From an uncultured Enterobacteriaceae bacterium (lineage in GTDB: Bacteria; Pseudomonadota; Gammaproteobacteria; Burkholderiales; SG8-39), in assembly GCA_964565875.1 (NCBI GenBank), contig CAZMGP010000001.1, positions 123,747-187,746 on the forward strand: a stretch of 64,000 nt of DNA. The letters are read 5' to 3'. The translations under genes were made by a program, and so were the position numbers. The notes below the pieces were generated by a model. The model saw only the letters and a program-made list of their open reading frames with translations, was not told the origin of the DNA and did not search any database. Below are positions 35,232-44,092 of this stretch, piece by piece (within the stretch, counting starts at the first letter, position 1; each line of letters begins with the position of its first letter).

Positions 35232-37007
35232 TCAGTACGCGAAATGCCGCGCGGCCTGGTAGAACAGATAGCTCACCGCCCAGGCAAGCGCTAGCGGCCA
35301 GGCAATCGCCAGTGCGCTGAAGCCGCGGCTCTTGCTTTCGCTGCGGATGGTGGCGATGGTCGACAGGCAAGGCGTATAGACCAAGGTGAACAGCATGAAG
35401 CTGTAGGCCTGCACCCAGTCGATCTGCTGCGCGATGGTGCTCACCAGCGCTGCGCCCTCCCGGCTGTAAATCACGGCGAGAGAGCCGATGACGATTTCCT
35501 TCGCGACGAAGCCGAATATCAGCGCCACGGTCAGCTTCGGATCGATGCCGAGCGGGCTGAGGACGGGATTGAGGGCCGCCCCGATCTGACCGGCCCAAGT
35601 GTCGGTCCCGCCCGGGGTCACGCCTTGCGGAAAGTTGGTCAGCAGCCACACCAGGACGACGCCGGCGACGATGAAGCGCGTTGCACGGCGCAGGAAGTGG
35701 CGCACTTCGCTCCAACCGCGGAAGAACATCTGGCGCGCAGTGGGCAGGCGGTAGGGCGGCATTTCCAGCACGAAGGGATCGTTGTTGACGTAGCGGCGCT
35801 TGAAAAGGAGCGAGGTGAGCATCGCCGTCGCGATGCTCATGACGTAGAGAGAGAACAGCACCACGGGCGCGGTCTTGGCGGAGAACAGCGCCGCGATGAA
35901 GAAGACGAACACCTGCATGCGCGCGGAACAGAGCGAAAACGGAATGACCAGCATGGTGAGCAGGCGCAAGCCGCGCGAGCGGATGACGCGCGTGCCCATG
36001 AGAGCCGGCACGTTGCGGCCGAAGCCCATCAGCACCATGACGAAGCTGCGGCCGTCCAGGCCGAAGCGCGCCATCAGCGCGTCCATCAGGAATGCGGCGC
36101 GCGACAGATAACCCGCGTCCTCGACGATGCCCATGCAGAAGAAGAAGAGCACGATGATGGGGACGAAGCCCGCCACCGTGCCCAGGCCGTTATAGACGCC
36201 ATCGAGCAGGAGTCCACGCAGCAGCGCGGGCAGGGGAGCGAGCAGCGGTTCGAGGGCGTCTGCGCGAACGAGGGTGAACAGCCAGGCGAGGGCGTCCTGC
36301 ATCGGCTTGCCGAGGATGAAGACGATCTCGAACAGGAGGAACATCACACCGAAGAAGATGGGCAGGCCGAGCCAGGGGTGCAGCAGGAGGCGGTCGATCC
36401 GTTCCGTCAGGGCATGCGAGGCCCGCACCGGAACCGACACGCAGGACTTCACCGCGGCCTCGACTTCGTCTGCTTCCAGGGCGGACTCTGCTGCCTCCGC
36501 AGGCGACGCCGCCGTGCGGCGGCGCAGCGCCGCATGCATGGCGGGCTGCAGCCGTTCCACGCCCTGACCGTATTTCGCCGACACCAGGCACACGGGTATG
36601 CCGAGCTTGGCCGCGAGAGCCTCGGCGTCTATGGTGATGCCGAGCGCCGCCGCTTCATCGACCATGTTGAGCACGAGCAGAACCGGTATGCCGAGGCGCA
36701 TCACCTGACTCAAGAGCATCGCCTGGCGCTCGATCTGGGAGGCATTGAGGACGACGAGCGCGAGCTCAACTTCGTTTCCTGCAAGAAACGCGGTGACGAC
36801 CTTCTCGTCCTCGGAATAACCGTGCAAGTCGTAGATGCCGGGCAAGTCGACGAGTTGGACCATCTCGCCGCCGACGAGGAGCCGCGCGCTGAGCAGATCG
36901 ACAGTCAGCCCGGGCCAGTTGCCGACCTGGGCATGCGCGCCGGTGATGCGATTGAACAGCGTGGACTTGCCCGTATTGGGCATGCCCAGCATCGCGATGC
37001 GCTTCAT
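35232..37007 (-). CDS. feoB: ferrous iron transporter FeoB
   Basis: The start is MKRIAMLGMPNTGKSTLFN (the G-domain). A polytopic membrane domain follows. The track ORF extends further upstream in an Arg/Pro-rich stretch that looks non-coding. Confidence 0.92.
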   Translation of the reverse strand: MKRIAMLGMPNTGKSTLFNRITGAHAQVGNWPGLTVDLLSARLLVGGEMVQLVDLPGIYDLHGYSEDEKVVTAFLAGNEVELALVVLNASQIERQAMLLSQVMRLGIPVLLVLNMVDEAAALGITIDAEALAAKLGIPVCLVSAKYGQGVERLQPAMHAALRRRTAASPAEAAESALEADEVEAAVKSCVSVPVRASHALTERIDRLLLHPWLGLPIFFGVMFLLFEIVFILGKPMQDALAWLFTLVRADALEPLLAPLPALLRGLLLDGVYNGLGTVAGFVPIIVLFFFCMGIVEDAGYLSRAAFLMDALMARFGLDGRSFVMVLMGFGRNVPALMGTRVIRSRGLRLLTMLVIPFSLCSARMQVFVFFIAALFSAKTAPVVLFSLYVMSIATAMLTSLLFKRRYVNNDPFVLEMPPYRLPTARQMFFRGWSEVRHFLRRATRFIVAGVVLVWLLTNFPQGVTPGGTDTWAGQIGAALNPVLSPLGIDPKLTVALIFGFVAKEIVIGSLAVIYSREGAALVSTIAQQIDWVQAYSFMLFTLVYTPCLSTIATIRSESKSRGFSALAIAWPLALAWAVSYLFYQAARHFAY

Positions 37008-37012
37008 CGGAA

Positions 37013-37309
37013 CTAGGCGGCGGCCAGGCGCTCGGGCGCGATGCGGACGCAGCGCGCCTCCCGCACGCGCAGCATCAACTCCGTGGTGCCGACGCGGACG
37101 TGCAGCGGGCCGCCGAAACGGGCGCGGCGCAGCAAGCGGACCTCGATGCCGATGCGCAGGCCAAGTGCCACCAAGCGGCGGTAGAGTTCCTCGCCGGTAT
37201 CGAGCGCGAGGATAGTCCCGCATTCCCCGGGACCGAGCCGGTTCAGGGTGGAGCTGTTGGCGCTGGAGTTCATGACTGGAATGGTCAAGTTATTGCGAAT
37301 GGCTCTCAT
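37013..37309 (-). CDS. feoA: ferrous iron transport protein FeoA
   Basis: The SH3-like FeoA core is present (LGPGECGTILALD..LYRRLVALGLRIGIEV). The gene ends 5 nt before feoB. The start is ambiguous among 37336, 37309 (GAGGA SD) and 37273. Confidence 0.8.
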   Translation of the reverse strand: MRAIRNNLTIPVMNSSANSSTLNRLGPGECGTILALDTGEELYRRLVALGLRIGIEVRLLRRARFGGPLHVRVGTTELMLRVREARCVRIAPERLAAA

Positions 37310-37460
37310 TATGTCCTCGCCTGCAGACTGCGTCAAGCCGTATTCGAACTAGAACTCCCGCTGCCGAAAACCCAGTGCCGACGGCGCTGAACCCACGCCG
37401 GCCAGGGCGGCGACGCCTTAAAGGGAGGCGCTCAGGGACTTGCATCGCGGGCGGCTTTAT

Positions 37461-37477
37461 ATGAGAATGGTTCTCAT
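37461..37477. promoter_or_regulatory. iron-box-like palindrome in the feoA / 37505 divergent region
   Basis: The palindrome is ATGAGAA-TGG-TTCTCAT, with perfect 7-bp arms. It is AT-rich in a GC-rich genome. A 14-nt core, GAATGGYTCTCATT, recurs at 37297-37310. Confidence 0.5.
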
Positions 37478-37504
37478 TCGTCAGCGAATTTCAGGGAGTG
37501 GAAC

Positions 37505-38281
37505 ATGCGCATTCATCACCTAGCAATCCGCCTCGCGGCGGCCTTACTTGTCGGCCTTTCAGCCGTGGCTGCTGAAGCGGCGCCGGACGAAATCCAGGTG
37601 TACACGGAGGAAATGGACGATCCCGGCGAATTCGGCCTGGAACTGCACGTGAACCAGGTGCTGCGAGGCGCGACCGCGCCGGAATTCGACGGCGAAATGA
37701 AATCGGAGCACCGGCTGCAGCTCACGCCGGAGTTCTCCTACGGCATCAGTAAGACCCTGGAGGCAGGGCTCTATCTGCCGGCTGCGGTCGGCGCCGACGG
37801 GAATCTGGTCGGCAACGGCATGCGCCTCCGGCTCAAGTACATCGCACCGCGCGAAGAACATGCACGGCTATTTTGGGGACTCAACGGCGAATTAGGTCAT
37901 TTCGCGCGGCGCGTGTCGGAGAGCAGCAGCGGCATGGAGCTGCGCCCGATCGTCGGTTATCGCGACGCAACTTGGCTCGTGAGTTTCAACCCCATCCTTG
38001 ACGCGGATTTGTCGAGCAAGGTGAGCCGCGAACCGAAATTCGAACCAGCGTTGAAGCTCACCCGCAAAGCGGGCGCGCGGGTGAATGCAGGTTTCGAGTA
38101 CTACGGCGAATACGGCCCGATCTTCCATCGCTTGCCCGCTTCCGAGCGCGCGCATTATCTGTTCGCGGTAGCCGATGTCGAGGTCAAGAATTTCGACGTC
38201 AATATCGGTATTGGCCACGGATTGCAGGCGGCCGCAGACAAATGGACCGCGAAGGCGATCATCGCCTTTCCCTTCAAGTAG
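37505..38281 (+). CDS. putative outer-membrane beta-barrel protein
   Basis: There is a signal peptide (LAAALLVGLSAVAAEA). The sequence alternates amphipathic strands and has an aromatic C-terminus (AIIAFPFK). Its function is unknown. Confidence 0.55.
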   Translation: MRIHHLAIRLAAALLVGLSAVAAEAAPDEIQVYTEEMDDPGEFGLELHVNQVLRGATAPEFDGEMKSEHRLQLTPEFSYGISKTLEAGLYLPAAVGADGNLVGNGMRLRLKYIAPREEHARLFWGLNGELGHFARRVSESSSGMELRPIVGYRDATWLVSFNPILDADLSSKVSREPKFEPALKLTRKAGARVNAGFEYYGEYGPIFHRLPASERAHYLFAVADVEVKNFDVNIGIGHGLQAAADKWTAKAIIAFPFK

Positions 38282-38316
38282 CGCGCCATCGGGCGCGCGC
38301 CGCGGCGTCGGTGAAG

Positions 38317-38799
38317 CTAGCGCGTCAGCTGCCGCAACAATAGATCGAGCGCTGCCGCGGTAAAGGCGTACATGTTGTCCAGCCGATCGGCCTCGCCGGT
38401 TTCCAAAGTGATCGCCTCTTCGGCGATGCCGGTGACGGCGATGCAGCTGTGACCAGGCTGGTCGCCATAAGGATTTCCCGTCGGTCCGGCGGCGCCGGTC
38501 TCGGCGATGCCCCAACTCGCGCCAAAGCGCTTCTTCGCCGTACGCGCGAGAAGCAGCGCATAGGGCTCCGAAGCGGAGCGCATGCCCTTGACTGCCTCGC
38601 GCGGCAGATCCATCAGGAGCTCGCGCGCTTGCCTCGTGTACACCACCGCGCCGCCCAGAAAATAGGCAGAAGCGCCGGGAACGGCGAGCAGGGACGCGGA
38701 GAGTAGTCCGCCGGCCGATGACTCTGCCACCGCGACGGTCTCGCGCCGTTCCTTCAGCGCGAGCGCAACGCGTTCGGCGAGTGGCAGGAGCGTTCGCAT
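38317..38799 (-). CDS. pncC: CinA C-terminal-type nicotinamide-nucleotide amidohydrolase
   Basis: The motifs are VAVAESSAGGLL and GGAVVYT. The 160-aa size fits. Confidence 0.85.
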   Translation of the reverse strand: MRTLLPLAERVALALKERRETVAVAESSAGGLLSASLLAVPGASAYFLGGAVVYTRQARELLMDLPREAVKGMRSASEPYALLLARTAKKRFGASWGIAETGAAGPTGNPYGDQPGHSCIAVTGIAEEAITLETGEADRLDNMYAFTAAALDLLLRQLTR

Positions 38800-38809
38800 T
38801 CCGGTCTCC

Positions 38810-40516
38810 CTAGCGCCACTTGTCGATCGACGCAGTCGACGGGCTCGCCATCACCCAGCCCTGCATCATCGCGTTCGCGTCGCCGCCGACCACCGCCACG
38901 CGCACATCGTCCTTCGGGTAGACCGGCACCCGCGCGTCGTCGGGCAGATCGAGGTAGTAGGCCGGCCAGCGGTATTTTTTTCCTCCCATTTCACGGCCTT
39001 TGAGGATGGGGATGATGAAGCGTTGGTAGTAATGGTCATTGCGAAACTCTTTCATGGTGAGTGTCGCGCTCTTCCAGATGCGTTCCTCCACGTCGCGCTT
39101 GCTCAGCCCCTGCTTCGCCAGTTGCTGCGCCGCAGCCGGCGACAGCAGCACCATCATGCCGGTCGGCCATTGGAAGTAGGCGATGTCGCGCGCGAGCCGT
39201 TCGATGTCCTGGTGCAGCATATTGCCGGTATGGCTCCATCCGCCGGAGAAGATGGTGATCGTGCTTTCCTCCTTCTTGTAGCCGCGCGACACGTGCAAGG
39301 GTTCCCAGGGACTCTCCTTCTCGTTCTCGGCAAAAGCGAACGCATAGGCGCCGACGTTGCCCTGCGTGCCCATTAGGTTGACTTCGTTCTGACCGCCGCC
39401 CAAGTTGTAAATGAACAGGCGCAAGGCCCTGCCGATCGCGGCGTTGGCGCGGTTTCCCGGGCCCAGCGCATAGGTGCCCGCGTTCATCCCGATCTCGCGC
39501 GCGATCGGGCCGTTGACGATCTGCATGAAGGAGAAGGAATTGGTCGAGCGCACGGTCGAGGAAAAGCCACCCTTGGAAAACGCCTCCACCGCGGCGAGCA
39601 AGACCGGCATATATTCCGGCTTGCATCCAGCCATGACGGCATTGATCGCGACTTTTTCCACGGTCACCTGCCAGCCCTCGGGCAGCATGCTCTGGGTCAC
39701 GACCTCGGCGGCGGCGTGGTGCGTGCCTTTCAGCATCTGTGCCACGTTCTCCTCCGTCGGCGGCACGATCGGCAAGCCATCGGTCCATTTCTGCTCGTAG
39801 AAATAATCCTGGATCTGCGCCAGAGTGCCCTCGACGGCGAAGCGCGGCGGTTGGTCGAAGCCACGGGTGCCACCCTGCAATTCCGCCGCAGCGAGCGGCA
39901 GGGTGAGCGATTTGACTACCGCCTCAGCAATTGCGGCGATGCGCTCCTCGGCCAGCGCACCGGTACGATCCGGGACGGCGATCAGGCGCAGGGGCGTCCC
40001 GACCTTTGCCGCGGTGGCGCGGGTATTGCTCTCCAGCGCTTCGAAATGCAGCACGGTTCCGGGAAGCCCGCGCTTTTCCAGCCCAGCCGACCAGATGACG
40101 CTCCACATGGTGGTCGCGGCCGAGTCCGCCGGCACGTAGACGAAGGCGTCGGCGTTCTTCTTTGCGTCCGCCCACAGCTCGGGCTCGTCTTCCGAGTACG
40201 CCGACTCCTTGTGCTTGACCACGATCTTCACCTGCGGGAATCGCGCAAGCAATGCCGCCTTCACCGCATCGACCACCGGTTCGAAGCCGGACTGCACATT
40301 GGCCGGCCAGGCGTGGATGATGTAGACGACCTTGCCATTGAGGTCGGCGGGCCGCGGGCTGAGCGGCGTGAGCTTCACCTCGGCCAGGTACCCCCGCGGA
40401 TTGAGCGCACGATAGGTCGGCTCCGCCGCGGATGCGGCGACGCCGATCAATCCCGCCAGCGCGGCGAGCAGCAGCGTAAGCCAACGTGCATAAAGACGCG
40501 GCTGGGTGTGATCCAT
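38810..40516 (-). CDS. exported two-domain protein of unknown function
   Basis: A strong SD (GGAGGAGAG) precedes ATG 40516, and there is a signal peptide. The N-terminal domain resembles the UGSC-type flavodoxin-like fold but has ADSAATT where that family has the redox motif. The C-terminal domain contains WTDGLPIVPPTEENV. It sits 10 nt upstream of pncC. Confidence 0.7.
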   Translation of the reverse strand: MDHTQPRLYARWLTLLLAALAGLIGVAASAAEPTYRALNPRGYLAEVKLTPLSPRPADLNGKVVYIIHAWPANVQSGFEPVVDAVKAALLARFPQVKIVVKHKESAYSEDEPELWADAKKNADAFVYVPADSAATTMWSVIWSAGLEKRGLPGTVLHFEALESNTRATAAKVGTPLRLIAVPDRTGALAEERIAAIAEAVVKSLTLPLAAAELQGGTRGFDQPPRFAVEGTLAQIQDYFYEQKWTDGLPIVPPTEENVAQMLKGTHHAAAEVVTQSMLPEGWQVTVEKVAINAVMAGCKPEYMPVLLAAVEAFSKGGFSSTVRSTNSFSFMQIVNGPIAREIGMNAGTYALGPGNRANAAIGRALRLFIYNLGGGQNEVNLMGTQGNVGAYAFAFAENEKESPWEPLHVSRGYKKEESTITIFSGGWSHTGNMLHQDIERLARDIAYFQWPTGMMVLLSPAAAQQLAKQGLSKRDVEERIWKSATLTMKEFRNDHYYQRFIIPILKGREMGGKKYRWPAYYLDLPDDARVPVYPKDDVRVAVVGGDANAMMQGWVMASPSTASIDKWR

Positions 40517-40623
40517 GTCTCTCTCCTCCAAATTCTGCGCGCGTTGTGAAGGGAAGCGGCTGTCTCTCCGCGCTCCACCCCTTCATGGCCTGCGTCGCGC
40601 GTGCGGCGCAAGGCCAGACGCGA

Positions 40624-40932
40624 TCAGGCCGGTGTCAGAATGTGGATCGTCCTGCTGGCCAGCAGATCCTTGGTCTTGGCTGCATACGCCGCCATATGCG
40701 GCGAGGCCGCATGGGCCTTCAGCGCGTCCATGCTCTCCCATTTTTCGATCACGAGGAAGGTGTCGGCGCCGTATTTGGTCTGGAACTTCGGGCCGTTCTC
40801 CAGATCGACGGCTGCGCCGTATTCGATGCATCCCTGCTCGGCTTTGACTGCCGGGACGTTGGCGCGAAATGCTTGCAGGACGGCTTCGCGCATGCCGGGT
40901 TTGGCGGTGATGACTGCGACGACATTGATCAT
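40624..40932 (-). CDS. ABM-domain (antibiotic biosynthesis monooxygenase / YgiN-like) protein
   Basis: The 102-aa protein has VVAVITAKPG...EQGCIEY...VIEKWESMDALKAH, which fits the ferredoxin-like ABM fold. Confidence 0.85.
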   Translation of the reverse strand: MINVVAVITAKPGMREAVLQAFRANVPAVKAEQGCIEYGAAVDLENGPKFQTKYGADTFLVIEKWESMDALKAHAASPHMAAYAAKTKDLLASRTIHILTPA

Positions 40933-41180
40933 GCTTGCTTGCTCCTGGTTGGGATGTGTGCGACGTAACGCGCGATTGAACGCCTGCCGCGGTCGGCTAA
41001 AGGCCGCGCTTCCGCGGAAGCGCGAGTTTGGAAGGGTTTCTCTCTTGTCGCCGCGTCCGCATTCCGCCGCGGCGTGATTGGCATCAGCGCTAATGTCGAA
41101 TTGCAGCTATGTTAATGCAAGGCGCGACAAAGGCATAGGAGCGAGCGGCAGCATTCGGTCATCGCGCAAATTGTCGAGCG

Positions 41181-41930
41181 CTACTTGAGACGCGATTTCA
41201 GCAGCCATTGCATTGCCAGAGCAAGGATGATCGCGGTGGAGAAGGACATCGCCACGCCCCGATGCGGCAAGACCACCGCGAGCGTGAAACAAAAAGTCGT
41301 GAAGGAATACAGGCCCAAGACCATGGCGCGCAGGAGCAGCGTGGCAAAGGCGGGTCCGGCGAGGCGATGCGAAAACACCGAGAGGACGATGGCGAGCACG
41401 GGAAAGACCGCGAGCATTCCGCTCCATGACGGGCCGATTGCGCTCGCCGCGCCGGTAACCGCGAGCGTGATCGCGGCGCCTGCGATCATGCGCAACAGCA
41501 ATTCGCCGCGGGGCAATCCGACCGCAGCCAACGGTGCGGAGAGGCGCGGAAACAATTTCGGGGCGGCGAGCAGCGAACCTAGCGCGATCGCGAGCGAGGC
41601 GAAATTGCTTAGCGGCAGCCGCGTCACGATCGATGCCGAGAAGCACCAGCTGACGATGCCCGCGGCGAGCGCGGTCCAGGGCGAGGCGCGCACGCAGACG
41701 CGGGCATAGGTGACCATATAGGCGACAGCACCGAGTACGGCGGCCAGAGACACGGTGGCGGCCGCGGCGGTGAACGCAGCGCCGTGCTCCAGCGCGAGCA
41801 AGAACAGGATCGGTCCGGTCAATGCAGGCAAGCCGGCCAACCAGCCGGCGACGCTCGGCCCCCAGCGCTTGCCGGCGAGTGAAATCAGGGCAAGAAATAC
41901 CGGGACGAGGAAAAGTTTGAGCGCGAGCAT
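41181..41930 (-). CDS. polytopic membrane protein, function unknown
   Basis: The 249-aa protein has about 7-8 hydrophobic helices. I recognise no motif. Confidence 0.65.
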   Translation of the reverse strand: MLALKLFLVPVFLALISLAGKRWGPSVAGWLAGLPALTGPILFLLALEHGAAFTAAAATVSLAAVLGAVAYMVTYARVCVRASPWTALAAGIVSWCFSASIVTRLPLSNFASLAIALGSLLAAPKLFPRLSAPLAAVGLPRGELLLRMIAGAAITLAVTGAASAIGPSWSGMLAVFPVLAIVLSVFSHRLAGPAFATLLLRAMVLGLYSFTTFCFTLAVVLPHRGVAMSFSTAIILALAMQWLLKSRLK

Positions 41931-42023
41931 GGGCGAAAAGCGTCTGCGACGAGTGCATTTTCGCCGCTCTTGCGCAATCTGTCTCGACGAGATGCGCGTC
42001 GCAGCCCGACGCGCTGGCGCCGT

Positions 42024-43457
42024 TCAGCCCTTTACGCAGGCCTTCGGCCGCAGATGCGCAACCCGGCGCGCAAGGCCCGCGCGGTCGGTTGCGTCTGCGA
42101 CTGCGTCGACGTCTTTGTATGCGCCCGGCGCCTCTTCCGCCGCGCCGCGCAGCGAGCGCGTGCGGATGAGGATGCCGTCCGCGGCGAGCTGGTGTATCAG
42201 TTCGCGTCCATGCCATTTGCGCAGCGCCTGGTGCCGGCTCATCGCGCGGCCGGCGCCGTGGCTCGCCGAGGCGTAGGCGCCGTTTTGTTCTTGCGGGTTG
42301 CCGGCGAGAATCCAGGAGCCGGTGCCCATGCTGCCGCCGATGATCACCGGCTGTCCCACGTCGAGATAGCGCGCGGGCAGAGCCGGATGTCCGGCGCCGA
42401 AAGCGCGCGTCGCACCCTTGCGATGCACGTGGAGCTGCCGCGGTTTGCCGTCGACGACGTGCGTTTCCACTTTGCAAGTGTTGTGCGACACGTCGTACAG
42501 CGTTTCCAGTTCCGCCTGTGGCAGCACCTGGGCGAAGGCGGCGCGCGCGAGATGGGTGATGATTTGCCGATTGGCGAGGGCGATATTGATCGCGGCGTTC
42601 ATCGCACCGAGGTACTGCCTGCCTTCCGGCGACTTGATCGGCGCACAGGCGAGCTCACGCTCCGGCAGGCGGATGCCGAGGCGCCTCGCCGCCTTGGCGA
42701 GTGTGACCAGATAGTCGGTGCCGACCTGGTGGCCGAGTCCGCGCGAACCGCAGTGGATCGACGCCAGTATCTGTCCCTCGCGCAAGCCATAGGCGGTGGC
42801 CGCTTGTTCATCGACTATGCGCTCCACCACCTGGATTTCGAGGTAGTGATTGCCGGAGCCGAGTGTCCCCATTTCGCCCGACTGACGGCGCTTGGCGAGC
42901 TCGGATACGCAGCCGGGGTCGGCGCCGGCAACGCAGCCGTGCTCCTCGATGTATTCGAGATCCGCCGCCACGCCGTAGCCGCGGTGCAGCGCCCAGCGCG
43001 CGCCGCCGCGCATCACCGCGTCGAGTTCGCCCGGCGACAGCTTGAGCGTCCCTTCCTCGCCGACTCCGGCGGGCACGGCGCGAAACAGCGCATCGGCGAG
43101 GCGCTCCAGGCGCGGCGCGATCGTGGGCAGGTCGAGGTTAGTGCGCAGGCAGCGGATGCCGCAGGAAATGTCGAATCCGACGCCGCCGGCGGAGATGATG
43201 CCGCCTGTTTCGGCGTCGAACGCGGCGACGCCGCCGATGGGAAAACCATAGCCCCAGTGCGCATCGGGCATGGTCATCGCGGCGCCGACCAGCCCGGGCA
43301 GCCGGGCGACGTTGCTGATCTGCTCCAGCACCTTGCTGTCCATGTCCTGCAGCAGCGCCGTGTCGGCATACAAGCGCACCGGCGCCCGCTCTTCATTCGG
43401 CAACAGGGCAAGCTCGTAGCACCAGGGGTTCACTTGGGTGAGGCGGGACAGATCCAT
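42024..43457 (-). CDS. rtcB: RNA 3'-phosphate/5'-OH ligase RtcB
   Basis: The motifs are DAHWGYGFPIGGV, GSGNHYLE, HCGSRGLGHQ and SHGAGR. Confidence 0.95.
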   Translation of the reverse strand: MDLSRLTQVNPWCYELALLPNEERAPVRLYADTALLQDMDSKVLEQISNVARLPGLVGAAMTMPDAHWGYGFPIGGVAAFDAETGGIISAGGVGFDISCGIRCLRTNLDLPTIAPRLERLADALFRAVPAGVGEEGTLKLSPGELDAVMRGGARWALHRGYGVAADLEYIEEHGCVAGADPGCVSELAKRRQSGEMGTLGSGNHYLEIQVVERIVDEQAATAYGLREGQILASIHCGSRGLGHQVGTDYLVTLAKAARRLGIRLPERELACAPIKSPEGRQYLGAMNAAINIALANRQIITHLARAAFAQVLPQAELETLYDVSHNTCKVETHVVDGKPRQLHVHRKGATRAFGAGHPALPARYLDVGQPVIIGGSMGTGSWILAGNPQEQNGAYASASHGAGRAMSRHQALRKWHGRELIHQLAADGILIRTRSLRGAAEEAPGAYKDVDAVADATDRAGLARRVAHLRPKACVKG

Positions 43458-43540
43458 GGCCTTAGTCTACGCTTCGCAAATCGGCCCGATTCGACGCAAG
43501 CAATGTGATTCCCGCGGATCGCAAACTGCTTTCGTCATCT

Positions 43541-43954
43541 CTACAAGTCCACGACGCAGCGCGCTTCCCACTCGCCTTCGCGTTCGGTCACTTCGAGGCA
43601 GGTGAGGGTTGCGCCCTTGACCTCGACTCCGCGCTCCATGGCTTCAGTCCAGGGCGCACCCTCGGCCGATCCCTGCCAGTGGGCTCCATCGTGCCTTAGG
43701 CGGAAGCGGCAAAGCAGGAGCGAGCGGCTGCGCGCCTCGCCCAACAGCAGGTTGAGCCAGGAAACGAGGGCGAGTTCCCTATCCGCTTCCGTGAACTCGA
43801 TCGCCACGCCCGCGCTCGGATGCACGCAGTCGATATCGGACATCAACGCAAACATCGCCCGGGCCGCGTTTTCGAATGCCTCCTCGACGCAAGCGCCGCG
43901 TCCGACCACCCCCATGTCGGCACCGTGTTCGAAGTACGCAACGCGTTCAAGCAT
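43541..43954 (-). CDS. archease (RtcB activator family)
   Basis: The 137-aa protein starts FEHGADMGVVGRG...EAFENAARAM and ends with GATL..LEV. It lies 83 nt upstream of rtcB. Confidence 0.85.
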   Translation of the reverse strand: MLERVAYFEHGADMGVVGRGACVEEAFENAARAMFALMSDIDCVHPSAGVAIEFTEADRELALVSWLNLLLGEARSRSLLLCRFRLRHDGAHWQGSAEGAPWTEAMERGVEVKGATLTCLEVTEREGEWEARCVVDL

Positions 43955-44001
43955 GATGGTGTCAAACCAAGCGCAGCCTACGCCCGCGTCCGGCGAGGCG
44001 T

Positions 44002-44015
44002 TTGACGGTTGTCAA
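44002..44015. promoter_or_regulatory. FNR-type box in the archease / pncA divergent region
   Basis: The box is TTGACGGTTGTCAA (TTGA-N6-TCAA, with a TTGAC/GTCAA dyad). Confidence 0.45.
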
Positions 44016-44092
44016 GACGCCGGGCGCGGCGGCACCGCAAAATACCGATGTAAGTGCTCGAATTCCCTGTCCTTTTCGCAGCGGCGGACCTC

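Noticed and set aside
38810-40516. Possible selenoprotein (UGSC-type) with an in-frame TGA.
   Set aside because: The frame has no internal TGA. The position equivalent to the U/C-G-S-C motif reads ADSAATT, so no Sec or redox Cys is present.
43458-43540. The spacer between archease and rtcB, considered as a Y-RNA or other structured RNA.
   Set aside because: It holds only a short AATCGG-C-CCGATT palindrome. There is no extended helix and no Ro (rsr) gene nearby.
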